Source of the DNA: a virus
Direction: 5' to 3' (one strand)
IMG/VR virus record: IMGVR_UViG_3300010375_000006
Span: 1 to 43,856 of that record
DNA: 43,856 nucleotides
The notes under the pieces are model-generated. The model worked only from the letters and a program-made list of their open reading frames with translations, searched no databases and was not told the origin of the DNA. Every line of letters starts with the position of its first letter. Within the stretch, counting starts at the first letter, position 1. Position numbers and translations under genes: made by a program. Of this stretch, positions 24,413 to 33,938 are shown one piece after another.

Positions 24413-25059
24413 TGGCCGCCGATCCGCAAACCTATGACGAGCTGCAATCGGCCATTGAGAGATGGACCGACGATAGCACGCTGACGGCCACGATCCCTGA
24501 GCTTATAGCCCTCTCCGAACGGCGGCTATCGCGCCGCCTCAATTCGCCTGAAATGGAGGCGTCCACCACGCTCGCCATCACGGACGGCACAGCGACCTTG
24601 CCTACGGATGCATTGCAGATCCGCGCCATTTTCATCGACTATGATGGTCGCAGGGTTCCGCTCCAGGTGATTTCTCAAGCGGATTACGACAGGAGCTATA
24701 ACAGCGACGTAACCGGCCGGCCGATTTACTACATGGTGAGCGGGGCGTCGATAAACGTCCTCCCTCTGCCCGATCTCACCTATACGCTGGGCCTGCGATA
24801 CAAGCAGAGCATTCCCGCCTTGAGCGAGACGGTAACGACCAATTGGCTTCTGACTAAATGGCCTGATCTTTATCTTTCCCACTGTCTGCTGACGGCGGCC
24901 GACTATGGGTTCGAAGATGCGCGTCTGGACTGGAATACCGCGAAAACGGAACAACTGATCAAGGAAATCAACCAGGCCGGCTCGAAGCTGCGCTATGGCG
25001 ATGGCCCGCTTGTCCCCACCGCTCCGGTTGGGGATTTCATGCCGCGAGCGCGTAGCTGA
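24412..25059 (+). CDS. Tail/adaptor structural protein (about 215 aa)
   Basis: TGATG coupling. Its position and size fit a head-tail adaptor or tubular protein A. No motif recognised. Confidence 0.5.
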   Translation: MAADPQTYDELQSAIERWTDDSTLTATIPELIALSERRLSRRLNSPEMEASTTLAITDGTATLPTDALQIRAIFIDYDGRRVPLQVISQADYDRSYNSDVTGRPIYYMVSGASINVLPLPDLTYTLGLRYKQSIPALSETVTTNWLLTKWPDLYLSHCLLTAADYGFEDARLDWNTAKTEQLIKEINQAGSKLRYGDGPLVPTAPVGDFMPRARS

Positions 25060-26486
25060 TGCGCGCGATTTTCGGAGAGTTGATACAGGACCAGCCGGCC
25101 CATATGAATGAAGGCCTGCTGATCGCAGACGGCTGTTTTGCCATCAAGAACGGCTACAACCCGCTCAATGGCTTCTCTCCGGCGCCCAACGGCACTCTGG
25201 CGGGGCCCGCGCTTGGTTCCGGGGCCTATCGGGTCGGTCTAAGTACTTACGTCTTCGCCGCCACCGCGGGCAATATCTACCGCTATCAGTCGGGAGGCTT
25301 CACGAGCCTGATCGGCAGCCTGTCGTCCAGTCAGAGCATCGGCGTCCGGTTTCAGCCCTACAATAATCTGATGCTGGCCACCAACGGCACGGACCCGATC
25401 AAGGTGTTCGATCCCGCTTCGCCCACGACGATGACCAGCCTTGGCGGAACGCCGCCCACGGCTCGTTTCATGGCGATCGTGCGCGGGTTCGTGGTGCTGG
25501 GCTATGCGGCGGGGGATTCGCTCCGGCTGGCGTGGTGCGACAATGGCGCCCCAACGACGTGGACGGCTGGCACCGGAGAGGCGGGATTCTATGAGATGCC
25601 GTCCGGTGGCGATATAACGGGCGTAATCGGCGGCGAATATGGGCTGATATTCCAGGAAAGCCGTATCCTGCGGATGACCTATACCGCCGACGACACGATC
25701 TGGCAGTTCGACGAGATCGCCAACGATATTGGGTGCGTCGCGCCGAACAGCATCGCGGTGTATGGCAAGAGCGTATTCTTCCTGTCCAACCGGGGGCTGA
25801 TGGTCTGCGATGGGACGAGTGTACGGCCGGTTGGAGCGGAAAAGGTGGATCGGACCTTTCTGGCGCAGGCAAATCGCTCCAATTACAGCGCCATGTCGGC
25901 GGTGGTTGATCCGCGCAACTCGCTCTATATCGTGGCGCTGCCGTCAGCTAACCCGCCAGCGTCGGTCTATATCTACAACTTCCTGCTGGAGCGATGGACG
26001 ACGGCGACGGTCACGGTCCAGCTATTGTTCAATTCCATGGCCCAGAGCGTCACGCTGGAGGATCTGGACGCGCTCTATGGCACGCTTGAAGGGGTTCCCG
26101 TCTCTCTCGACGACCCGGCCTTTCGTGGTGGAACGCCGCTCCTGATGCTGTTTGACGGTTCGAACAGGCTCGGTTCATTATCCGGTTCCACTTTGCGCGC
26201 CACCTTCCTTGATGCGGTCCGAGAGCCGTTTACGGATCAACGGGCGCGAGTGAAATCCGTCCGCCTGCTAAGCGATGCCCCAAGCGCCACGGTGACCTTG
26301 CGCGGCGCAAATGTGCTTAGCGAGACGCAGACGCCAACCTCCTACACCGTGCGCGATCGGCAGGGGCGGTATCGCATGCGCGAGAATTGGACCTTCGTGC
26401 AGACCAATGTGGAAATCCCATCGGGCACGTCGTGGAATTATATGCAGGGCATCGACATGGACGCCCAGCAAGGCGGTCGCGCATGA
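25059..26486 (+). CDS. Tail structural protein (475 aa, beta-rich)
   Basis: TGATG coupling. Function inferred from position only. Confidence 0.55.
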   Translation: MRAIFGELIQDQPAHMNEGLLIADGCFAIKNGYNPLNGFSPAPNGTLAGPALGSGAYRVGLSTYVFAATAGNIYRYQSGGFTSLIGSLSSSQSIGVRFQPYNNLMLATNGTDPIKVFDPASPTTMTSLGGTPPTARFMAIVRGFVVLGYAAGDSLRLAWCDNGAPTTWTAGTGEAGFYEMPSGGDITGVIGGEYGLIFQESRILRMTYTADDTIWQFDEIANDIGCVAPNSIAVYGKSVFFLSNRGLMVCDGTSVRPVGAEKVDRTFLAQANRSNYSAMSAVVDPRNSLYIVALPSANPPASVYIYNFLLERWTTATVTVQLLFNSMAQSVTLEDLDALYGTLEGVPVSLDDPAFRGGTPLLMLFDGSNRLGSLSGSTLRATFLDAVREPFTDQRARVKSVRLLSDAPSATVTLRGANVLSETQTPTSYTVRDRQGRYRMRENWTFVQTNVEIPSGTSWNYMQGIDMDAQQGGRA

Positions 26487-26710
26487 GCCTTCCCCCGCTG
26501 ATCAAGGAAAACGAGGGAAGCGATTCCGAATGGAAGCGGCGGGTCCGTGACTTGCTCAACCTCACAGTCAGACGAACCAGCGGCGCGGGAACGACGGCGG
26601 AGCGCCCGCGTAATCCGGCTTTAGGGCAGGCTTTCTATGACGAGACGCTGAATCGGCCGATCTGGTACGGAACCGGGGGTTGGATCAAAGCTGACGGCAC
26701 GGCGGTATGA
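26483..26710 (+). CDS. Small tail-associated protein (75 aa)
   Basis: GTTAERPRNPALGQAFYDETLNRPIWYGTGGWIKADG is a motif common in tail-fibre N-termini. ATGA coupling. Confidence 0.55.
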   Translation: MSLPPLIKENEGSDSEWKRRVRDLLNLTVRRTSGAGTTAERPRNPALGQAFYDETLNRPIWYGTGGWIKADGTAV

Positions 26711-27078
26711 CCCCGCAGGAGTGGACATCCTATCTTGATTGGCGGCCAGCCTTTGCGGAGGTGATCGACGCCAAATATTATACGCTTGAATGGCTGGACA
26801 GACAGCTACTCGATGGAGAAGCGTTTTTCATTTGCACGCCAAATGCGGCCATAATCTATGAGTTGAAGACCTATCCAACCGGGGCTCAAGATATCCATGG
26901 GCTCATTGCGGCTGGCGAGCTTTCTGATATAAGAGATGTTCTGATCCCAGTCGCGGAAGACCGCGGCAGATCGCTGAACTGCGTTGGAGCGCTGATTTCC
27001 TCCCGAGAGGGATGGGCCAAGGCGCTCCGGTCTAGCGGATACGAACCCTACCAGGTGACAATCCGCAAGTCGCTTTAG
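26707..27078 (+). CDS. Hypothetical protein (123 aa), AT-richer than neighbours
   Basis: ATGA coupling. No motif recognised. Confidence 0.55.
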   Translation: MTPQEWTSYLDWRPAFAEVIDAKYYTLEWLDRQLLDGEAFFICTPNAAIIYELKTYPTGAQDIHGLIAAGELSDIRDVLIPVAEDRGRSLNCVGALISSREGWAKALRSSGYEPYQVTIRKSL

Positions 27079-27093
27079 CGGATAGGGATCGAA

Positions 27094-28581
27094 ATGGGTT
27101 TGTCTTCCAGTAAAACCAAGACCACCAACGACCCTTGGGCGCCCGCACAGCCGTTTATCCTCAAGGGCATGCAGCAGACCAACCAGGTCTTTGATCAGAA
27201 CCAGCCCACGCTGGAGAAGATGAGCGGACTGGCGCAGGACGCTTTTCAGAAGCTCGCCCCGACAGCATTCAGCCCAAGCCCCTATGTGACGGGGGCGCAG
27301 AACGCCGCCTCAAACATCGCGGGCGGGGCCTATATGGGCAACAATCCCGGCGCAGCTACTTACGATGCGATCCAGAATGGCGCAAACCCGGCGCTCGCCC
27401 CGCTTTCCGGCCTCGCCAATGGTGGCGGCGTCAATCCCGCCTTCGCCCGCCTCTCGGATCTGGCCTCAGGCACGGCGGTCAATCCGGCAACTGGTCATCT
27501 CAACGCGATTGCTGGAGGCGATTATTCCAACCCTGCGGATACCTATGCCCAGTCCGTGGTAGGCGGAAAATATCTCAACGCCCAGCCTTCCGCGGGCGTC
27601 TACGGCAACATCATGAGCGCGGACTATCTCAAGGGTAATCCGTACATCGACCAGATCGTCGCACAGACCGGCGCTGACGTGCAGAAGCAGGCCAATCAGC
27701 GTTTCGGCGCTGCTGGAATGGGCTCTGGCCTGTCGAGCGCTTTTGCGGATTTGCTATCGAAAAACCTCGCCAAGAACGAGACCGGGCTTCGTTACCAGAA
27801 CTACAACGATAGCGCGAACCGCCAGCTTACGGCGGCCGGACAGTCGGACGCTGCTTTCAGTGCCGAACGCAACCGGCAGATGGACGCAAATGGCCTGATC
27901 TCGGGGAACTACAATACAGGCCAGCAGAACAGGCTGACGGCTGCGAATGCTCTCGGGTCCCAATTCCTGACGGGCCAGCAGAACCAATTGTCCGCCGCTG
28001 GCGCCCTGGGCTCACAATTCTTGCAGGGGCAGCAAAACCAGACGAGTGCCGCGAATGCTCTCGGGTCCCAATTCAGTCAGCAGCAGCAGAACCAGCTGGC
28101 GGCAGCGGGTGCTTCGGACGCCTCGCGGAATGCCGGTATCGCCCAGATGCTTGAAGCGGCGGGCCTTGCTCCCTCTCTTTCCGCTGCGCAATATAACGGC
28201 GTTACGCCCGCCCTCTCACTGCTCAATACGGCGGCCGATATTCCGTATGTCGGCACGGCGGCCCTCAACGGACAGATCCGGCAAGCTTCCAACGGCTATG
28301 GCACGAGCACTACCAAGAGCAACCAGAGTATCATGAGTGGCCTCGGACAGCTTGGTCAGGCGGCGGGCACGGCGGCGATGGTGTTCTCCGATATTCGCCT
28401 CAAGCGTGACATTGAACCGGCTGGCCAGTTTGACGACGGGCTTGGGATCTACCGCTACCGCTACCTATGGGATGACGAACCGCGCGTCGGCGTGATGGCG
28501 CATGAAGTCGCCGTGCATCGTCCGTGGGCTCTTGGCCCTGAGATCGGCGGATATGCCACTGTGAATTACGGAGCGCTCTAA
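27094..28581 (+). CDS. Tail fibre/needle with a C-terminal S74 intramolecular-chaperone (auto-cleaving) domain
   Basis: SDIRLKRDIEPAGQFDDGLGIYRYRYLWDDEPRVGVMAHEV is the S74 signature. Q/N-rich 18-aa repeats lie upstream of it. Confidence 0.8.
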   Translation: MGLSSSKTKTTNDPWAPAQPFILKGMQQTNQVFDQNQPTLEKMSGLAQDAFQKLAPTAFSPSPYVTGAQNAASNIAGGAYMGNNPGAATYDAIQNGANPALAPLSGLANGGGVNPAFARLSDLASGTAVNPATGHLNAIAGGDYSNPADTYAQSVVGGKYLNAQPSAGVYGNIMSADYLKGNPYIDQIVAQTGADVQKQANQRFGAAGMGSGLSSAFADLLSKNLAKNETGLRYQNYNDSANRQLTAAGQSDAAFSAERNRQMDANGLISGNYNTGQQNRLTAANALGSQFLTGQQNQLSAAGALGSQFLQGQQNQTSAANALGSQFSQQQQNQLAAAGASDASRNAGIAQMLEAAGLAPSLSAAQYNGVTPALSLLNTAADIPYVGTAALNGQIRQASNGYGTSTTKSNQSIMSGLGQLGQAAGTAAMVFSDIRLKRDIEPAGQFDDGLGIYRYRYLWDDEPRVGVMAHEVAVHRPWALGPEIGGYATVNYGAL

Positions 28582-29198
28582 TGGGTATGGCATTTAACGG
28601 CTTTTCCATGCGGCGGCCGACGATCAATCCGGATCAGCGCTTCGGCGACGGCTTCGATCCTGTCACGGGCACAATGAGTTTGTCTGGCGGTTCTGGCCCA
28701 AGCGGACCGCTCCCGGCGATCGATGCGCTTCCGCCTGTTCAGCCAACGGCATGGCAGAGGGGCGGCAAGGGGTGGAACACCGTGGGCGGGATTGGCGACA
28801 TTCTAGCGGCACTGGGCGGAAAAGAAACGCCCTATGTCAACCACATGATGGAAGAGGAAAGGCAGCAGCAGTTGCTTCAGCGCCAGATGATGCTTGCAGC
28901 CTACAAGAATCAGCACCCCGACCCAACTGGCACCATGCAGAATGTCCAGGCAGCCGGCCTACAGCCCGGCACGCCTGAATATCAGGCATTCATGCAGAAG
29001 GTGTTGATGCAGCCCCGCTACATGGTGCTTGGCAACCCCGAGAGCGGGCAACAGGTCATCGACGCCAATAATCCACCTGTATCAGCGGGACCGCCAGCGG
29101 ATGCGATCGCGCATCTGAAGTCCGATCCTAGCCTCGCTGCGCAGTTTGACGAAGTGTTCGGCCCAGGCTCCGCAGCCCGCGCGTTGGGGAGCCAGTAA
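28581..29198 (+). CDS. Hypothetical virion protein (205 aa)
   Basis: TAATG coupling. Function inferred from position. Confidence 0.55.
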   Translation: MGMAFNGFSMRRPTINPDQRFGDGFDPVTGTMSLSGGSGPSGPLPAIDALPPVQPTAWQRGGKGWNTVGGIGDILAALGGKETPYVNHMMEEERQQQLLQRQMMLAAYKNQHPDPTGTMQNVQAAGLQPGTPEYQAFMQKVLMQPRYMVLGNPESGQQVIDANNPPVSAGPPADAIAHLKSDPSLAAQFDEVFGPGSAARALGSQ

Positions 29199-32051
29199 AT
29201 GCCGGAAAACCCCTTCGCCAAATATAAGAAGGCGAACCCGTTTGCAGTCTACACGACGCCCGGGACTGGACCCAAGCCGCCCACTGGCTATGCGAAGCCC
29301 GGAGAGGCAGCGCCGCTTGTGGCAATCCCCGGAGGCCCCGATAGCCCGGAGCATGCCGCCGCAGTCGAGCGCGCTCGCTCTATGGCCGGTGTTGCGGCTG
29401 CGATTGCCGAAGCCCGCGCAAAAGCCGCGATCGAACTGGAGACGGCGCGACGTAAGCAGGACATGGCGGCCGGCGGCGTGCAGATCAATCCTGCGCTCGA
29501 CAAGTTGACTGGCGCGGACTTTCTGAAAGCGCTGCCTCCACAAACGGCGTCCACGGTCCAGGCTCTTGTCGATGGACGCATGGCCTTCCCGGCCGGGGCC
29601 GCGATGAAATCACCTTATTGGCAGCAGATGCTTGCCAACGTGGCGCATGCGGACCCGAACTTTGATGCGGTGAACTATAACGCTCGCTCTCATACGCGCG
29701 TCGATTTCACCTCGGGGCAGTCGGCGCGCAACATCAAGGCGCTGAACACCGCGATTGGCCACCTGGGGCATCTGAACGAGCAACTGGCCGGCACAGCCTC
29801 GCATGGTGGGTTCCCGTTCGCCACGACCGTCAATCAGGTTGAGAACGCCTTTGCGCGCGGCTCTGGCAAGAGCGGGCCGACGCTGTTCGATCAGACGTCG
29901 GGCGCGCTCGCCTCAGAATTGACGCAGGTGTTCCGCGGCTCTGGCGGAGCCGAAGCCGACGTGAAGCGCTATCTTGAGGAGCTTTCCCCCAACGCCTCGA
30001 TGGAACAGAAGCAAGCGGCGGTGAAGAATATCGCTGGTTTACTCCAGTCACGTCTGGAGGCTGTCGGCGACCAGTATAAGCAGGGCATGGGCAAGACCAT
30101 CGACCCGCTGCAACTGCTGAACCCGCACGCACAGAAGGCGTTCTCGGCGATCCTCGGGGCTGACGGCTCTGGAGGTGACGGCGGGCCGCCCGCTACCGGC
30201 ACTGGCGGCGGCAATCCTCCCGGCCCGTTTGATGGCCCATCCTCAACCCCGGTTGGCGTCGCGACTGGCGCGCAGCGCACGGAAAGCTACCCTGCCGCTT
30301 CGGCTATTCTGGACAAGATGATCCGGCAGGGCGCTAGCGCAGCCGACATCAACGCGGCGCTGCCTAAGGACGTGTCTGGCCCCGTGACACAGGATCAGGT
30401 TTCGGCCGCGCAATCGTGGCTCCGGAACAACCCTCATTATGCCGGCAGCATCGGGCAGGCGTTCCGCATCGCGCAAAACAGCCCACTCACCCGTCTTTCC
30501 GCCACGCCTGGGGCCACAGGTATCACGCAGGCCGCAAACGCGCTGACTGCCGGCTACCTCGACGAAGGCGCCGGGCTGGTGAACCATTTGGCAACCGGCC
30601 AGCCGCTTAACGAGGCTATCGCGGCGGCCGATATGGCCAAACAGGCGCAGGCGAACCAGAACCCGAAAGCCGCCCTCGCGGGTAATGTCGTGGGCGGAGG
30701 CTTGGCGATGTATGGCGGCGGCGCCCTGCTCGACGGTTTGGGTATGGCCGGAACAGCGAGCCGCTATCTCGGGAAACTCGCTCCGGCCGTGGGCGATGCG
30801 GCTTATGGCGCGCTCTACGGTTCGGGCGAGAATAACGATAATCGGCTTGCCGGCGCTGGCGCGGGAGCGGCCGGCTCCGTCATCGGTGGCTATGTCGGAA
30901 ACAAGGCTGCCGGCATGTTTGGACGTGGCCTGCGCGGGGTGAAGAACGCAGCAGTCGATTATCTCGACGCTAATGGGGTCCCGCTCACTTCTGGCCAGAT
31001 CCTCGGCGGCAATTGGAAGGCGCTCGAAGACAAGGCGACGAGCCTGCCCCTCGTTGGCGATATGATCAAGAACCGCCGCTCTGAAGGCTATAACGCTTTC
31101 AATCAGGCAGCCTTCAACCAGGGCGGCGCTCCGATCGGCGCTACACCCAACACGGTTGGTCAAAGCGGCCTCGATCTGCTCGATCAGGCAACGAGCGATG
31201 CCTATAAGAAGACGCTCAGCGGCGTTCAGGTGAACGGGAATGACCCGCAATTCCTGAATGACATGTCCGGCATCGTCTCCCAAGGGAAGGCGCTGCCAGA
31301 TCCTATGGCCGGGAACGCTGATTATACGCTGCGTACGCGCGTTGGGCAGAGCTTCGACAATGCCGGCAACCTCTCCGGCAACGATTTTCAGCAGTCGATC
31401 AGGGGGCTGCGTCGCGACACGCGGGCGGTGGAACACCTGCCTTATGGCTACGATTTCGGCCAAGTCACTGGCGGCGCTGAAAATGCCATGAAGGGGCTGC
31501 TTGATCGACAGGCGCCCGGTGTCGTCCCCGACTATTTGAAGGCGAACGCGGCCTACCGCAACCAGATGATCCTTGAAGACGCGCTGAAGGCCGGGAAAAA
31601 CCAAATCGACGAGGCGGGAAACCCGATTTTCACACCGTCCCAATTGAACACGGCATCGGTGCGTAACGGCGGGATGGCATTCAGCCGCCCCTTCCGCCAG
31701 CTCGCCGAGGCTGGCCAGCAAGTTTTACCGTCCAAAATTCCAGACAGTGGCACGGCTGGCAGGGCTGCGATTGGCTTGTTGGCGGCGACGGCGGGCGGCG
31801 GCGGGACTGGCGCCGTTGCTGGCACCCCCTTCGGCGAGAGTGGAACTGGGGGCCTCGGCGGGGCCGGAATCGGTCTTGCTACTGGACTTCTCTACACCAA
31901 GGCTGGCCAGCGCGCTCTAACGGCTGCTCTCCTCCGTCGTCCCGCGATATTCAAGCAAGGGGGTAACTACATCGCCGACAATTCCGATCGGCTGTCCCAG
32001 CTTCTTGGTGGCCCCGCTCTTGGCGCTCAATTCGCTCTTTCTGGCCAGTGA
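29199..32051 (+). CDS. Large (950 aa) Gly/Ala-rich internal virion / DNA-ejection protein candidate
   Basis: Largest ORF in the window. It has glycine-zipper-like hydrophobic stretches (GGGLAMYGGGALLDGLG, AIGLLAATAGGGGTGAVAG). I recognised no tail-tube or tape-measure chaperone genes nearby. Confidence 0.6.
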   Translation: MPENPFAKYKKANPFAVYTTPGTGPKPPTGYAKPGEAAPLVAIPGGPDSPEHAAAVERARSMAGVAAAIAEARAKAAIELETARRKQDMAAGGVQINPALDKLTGADFLKALPPQTASTVQALVDGRMAFPAGAAMKSPYWQQMLANVAHADPNFDAVNYNARSHTRVDFTSGQSARNIKALNTAIGHLGHLNEQLAGTASHGGFPFATTVNQVENAFARGSGKSGPTLFDQTSGALASELTQVFRGSGGAEADVKRYLEELSPNASMEQKQAAVKNIAGLLQSRLEAVGDQYKQGMGKTIDPLQLLNPHAQKAFSAILGADGSGGDGGPPATGTGGGNPPGPFDGPSSTPVGVATGAQRTESYPAASAILDKMIRQGASAADINAALPKDVSGPVTQDQVSAAQSWLRNNPHYAGSIGQAFRIAQNSPLTRLSATPGATGITQAANALTAGYLDEGAGLVNHLATGQPLNEAIAAADMAKQAQANQNPKAALAGNVVGGGLAMYGGGALLDGLGMAGTASRYLGKLAPAVGDAAYGALYGSGENNDNRLAGAGAGAAGSVIGGYVGNKAAGMFGRGLRGVKNAAVDYLDANGVPLTSGQILGGNWKALEDKATSLPLVGDMIKNRRSEGYNAFNQAAFNQGGAPIGATPNTVGQSGLDLLDQATSDAYKKTLSGVQVNGNDPQFLNDMSGIVSQGKALPDPMAGNADYTLRTRVGQSFDNAGNLSGNDFQQSIRGLRRDTRAVEHLPYGYDFGQVTGGAENAMKGLLDRQAPGVVPDYLKANAAYRNQMILEDALKAGKNQIDEAGNPIFTPSQLNTASVRNGGMAFSRPFRQLAEAGQQVLPSKIPDSGTAGRAAIGLLAATAGGGGTGAVAGTPFGESGTGGLGGAGIGLATGLLYTKAGQRALTAALLRRPAIFKQGGNYIADNSDRLSQLLGGPALGAQFALSGQ

Positions 32052-32137
32052 GCGTCTTTTCCTGGAATCCATCCAAAAACGCACGGCCCCCATACCGAAG
32101 CCCGCGCCCATCATGTTGAGGAATTGTAGGCCGGTCA

Positions 32138-32488
32138 TCAGTCAACCGTAAGAGGGCAAAGATCCGCCACGCCTAAAGTTATAATGTAAGGGCTCCCGAG
32201 CTTGTCATAAACGCATATTTTCGACATGCCTTGTGTATAGCTGCGCTTTAGAAACCCAGCCCCGGCTGGCCCGCGTGCCGCACTAGGCGGAGGCGGACTG
32301 TCTCGCATAGCGGCGCTGGCAGCGGCAAAAGCGGCGGCGCGACGCGCGTTCACTGCTCTCACCTGAGCTGCGCACTCATCGTAATAGGCCGCCGAGTATT
32401 GGGAGCATGTTTTCGACACGCTCATACAGCCGGAAAGCGTGAGAGATAGGCTGGCAATAGCCGCGCCGCGGAAGAAATGAGCCCCCAT
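32138..32488 (-). CDS. Reverse-strand lipoprotein moron (116 aa)
   Basis: Signal peptide plus lipobox: MGAHFFRGAAIASLSLTLSGC. It opposes the whole late operon. Its 3' part is AT-richer. The longest ORF extends to 32560. Confidence 0.65.
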   Translation of the reverse strand: MGAHFFRGAAIASLSLTLSGCMSVSKTCSQYSAAYYDECAAQVRAVNARRAAAFAAASAAMRDSPPPPSAARGPAGAGFLKRSYTQGMSKICVYDKLGSPYIITLGVADLCPLTVD

Positions 32489-32581
32489 AGGGGGCACGTC
32501 AATACACCCCTTCACATGGGGCGGGCAAGCGAAACTGGCCGCCCTCCAAAAGTGGAACATCGTCAGGGCTTTCTTTCGCAG

Positions 32582-32612
32582 GTGTGGCTACGATAGCCAC
32601 ACCCTTTGTTTG
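32582..32612 (+). terminator. Hairpin terminator candidate
   Basis: GTGTGGCTA-cga-TAGCCACAC (perfect 9-bp stem) followed by cctttgtttg. Confidence 0.45.
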
Positions 32613-32637
32613 CACCCTGCGCCGCACATGCTATAAG
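32610..32637 (+). promoter_or_regulatory. Sigma70-like promoter candidate ahead of the distal tail-fibre and lysis genes
   Basis: TTGCAC-16 nt-TATAAG, about 65 nt upstream of ATG 32702. Confidence 0.4.
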
Positions 32638-32701
32638 GCCGCATTGATCCCAGTCGCTCGGGCGACAGATCGCTCTGCTAACCAGCGATGCGGGATCAAT
32701 C

Positions 32702-33340
32702 ATGGCGAAAAATGCCGTTACGGACTGGAGCGCCACCCCAGCCAACAACACAGACATAGCGGGCACCTCGATAGCGGTAGGCTGCCCGCCTTCCGACGTC
32801 GGCATTTTCATGCGCACCAATATGGCGCAGATCGCCGCATGGATTGCCGATCCAGCCGGTCCGCTCCTGAAGTCTGGGGGCACGATCGCGGGCAATCTGG
32901 CTGTTACAGGCACGTTCGGTGTGACCGGGAATGCAACGTTCGCAGGCAGCTTGACAGTTACCGGCAACACGCATGTCTCTTACGGTTCAACGGTCACGGA
33001 CGGCGCTTCAACTGATCGACTGATCGGTTATCGGAACCTGCCTTTCACGGCAGCCACTTCCGGCCGAACACTCGCCTTGACCGATGTCGGGATGGCCATT
33101 CCCGCGACGGGCGCGATCAACATCCCGACCAATGCGGCGTCGGCTTTCGCGATCGGCGATATCGTCGCGGTCTATAACAATTCCGGGTCCAGCATCTCTA
33201 TCACCGCATCCGGTGGCGTGACCTTGCGCCTGGGTGGCTCGGCCACAACCGGAACCCGCACCCTCGCCCAGCGTGGGCTGGTGACCCTCCTGAAAGTCGC
33301 AACCGATGAATGGGTTGCGCTGAACGGCGGTATCTCATGA
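32702..33340 (+). CDS. Tail fibre protein
   Basis: NTDIAGTSIAVGCPPSD...GGTIAGNLAVTGTFGVTGNATFAGSLTVTGNT is a typical fibre N-terminal pattern. Confidence 0.7.
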   Translation: MAKNAVTDWSATPANNTDIAGTSIAVGCPPSDVGIFMRTNMAQIAAWIADPAGPLLKSGGTIAGNLAVTGTFGVTGNATFAGSLTVTGNTHVSYGSTVTDGASTDRLIGYRNLPFTAATSGRTLALTDVGMAIPATGAINIPTNAASAFAIGDIVAVYNNSGSSISITASGGVTLRLGGSATTGTRTLAQRGLVTLLKVATDEWVALNGGIS

Positions 33341-33735
33341 CCGGAATGGCGATGGCAGCTGCGGGGGGCAAAACCGCCTATCCCCCGCTGGTCAACGGCT
33401 TCTCGTGGGTCAGCGGAACGACGAGTTTCAACATCAGCGCGGCGAACGTGCGTCTGTCTGATTTGAACAGCCTGAACGTCATCGGCGGCTCCGCAAGCGG
33501 CGGCTCCGGTTCGTACAGCATCAACACTTATATCACCGTTGATTCAAGTTCCGGCGATCCAACGGCCATCATGTTCCTTGCCTCTGACGGCGGCACGCAC
33601 ACCACGATCTCGGTCAATAACTTTACGACTATCGGGACCCTCATCAACGCGCACCTGCACGTGGACGTGACCGACACCGTTACTGGGCTGACCGCCAATT
33701 ACAGCACCCCCATCAATGTGGCCAGGACCAGCTGA
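33337..33735 (+). CDS. Hypothetical tail-fibre-associated protein (132 aa)
   Basis: ATGA coupling. Beta-rich. Confidence 0.55.
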   Translation: MTGMAMAAAGGKTAYPPLVNGFSWVSGTTSFNISAANVRLSDLNSLNVIGGSASGGSGSYSINTYITVDSSSGDPTAIMFLASDGGTHTTISVNNFTTIGTLINAHLHVDVTDTVTGLTANYSTPINVARTS

Positions 33736-33926
33736 TGTCGCACACCAAACCCGAATCCTTCTGCGAGATGATAAAACTCGCGCTTGACCACGCGCCCGAC
33801 GCGGCGGCCACAGCCATGCTGCGCTCCCTCGAAATCAATTATTGCAGCGGTATAACCGCGCAAGGCGATTCAGGGCGCCATCCCCATACCGACAGCGGCG
33901 GAACCACTCCGCCTCCGGGCAAATGA
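33735..33926 (+). CDS. Hypothetical protein (63 aa)
   Basis: TGATG coupling. Confidence 0.45.
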   Translation: MSHTKPESFCEMIKLALDHAPDAAATAMLRSLEINYCSGITAQGDSGRHPHTDSGGTTPPPGK

Positions 33927-33938
33927 GCAAGCCGGGCG

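Noticed and set aside
30243-31721. A 492-aa antisense ORF within the 950-aa virion protein gene.
   Set aside because: It is a high-GC shadow frame. The plus-strand frame is continuous for 950 codons and is coupled to its neighbours.
32563-32970. A 135-aa minus-strand ORF upstream of the lipoprotein gene.
   Set aside because: It is antisense to the tail-fibre N-terminus (32702..33340), which has a typical fibre motif. It has no RBS.
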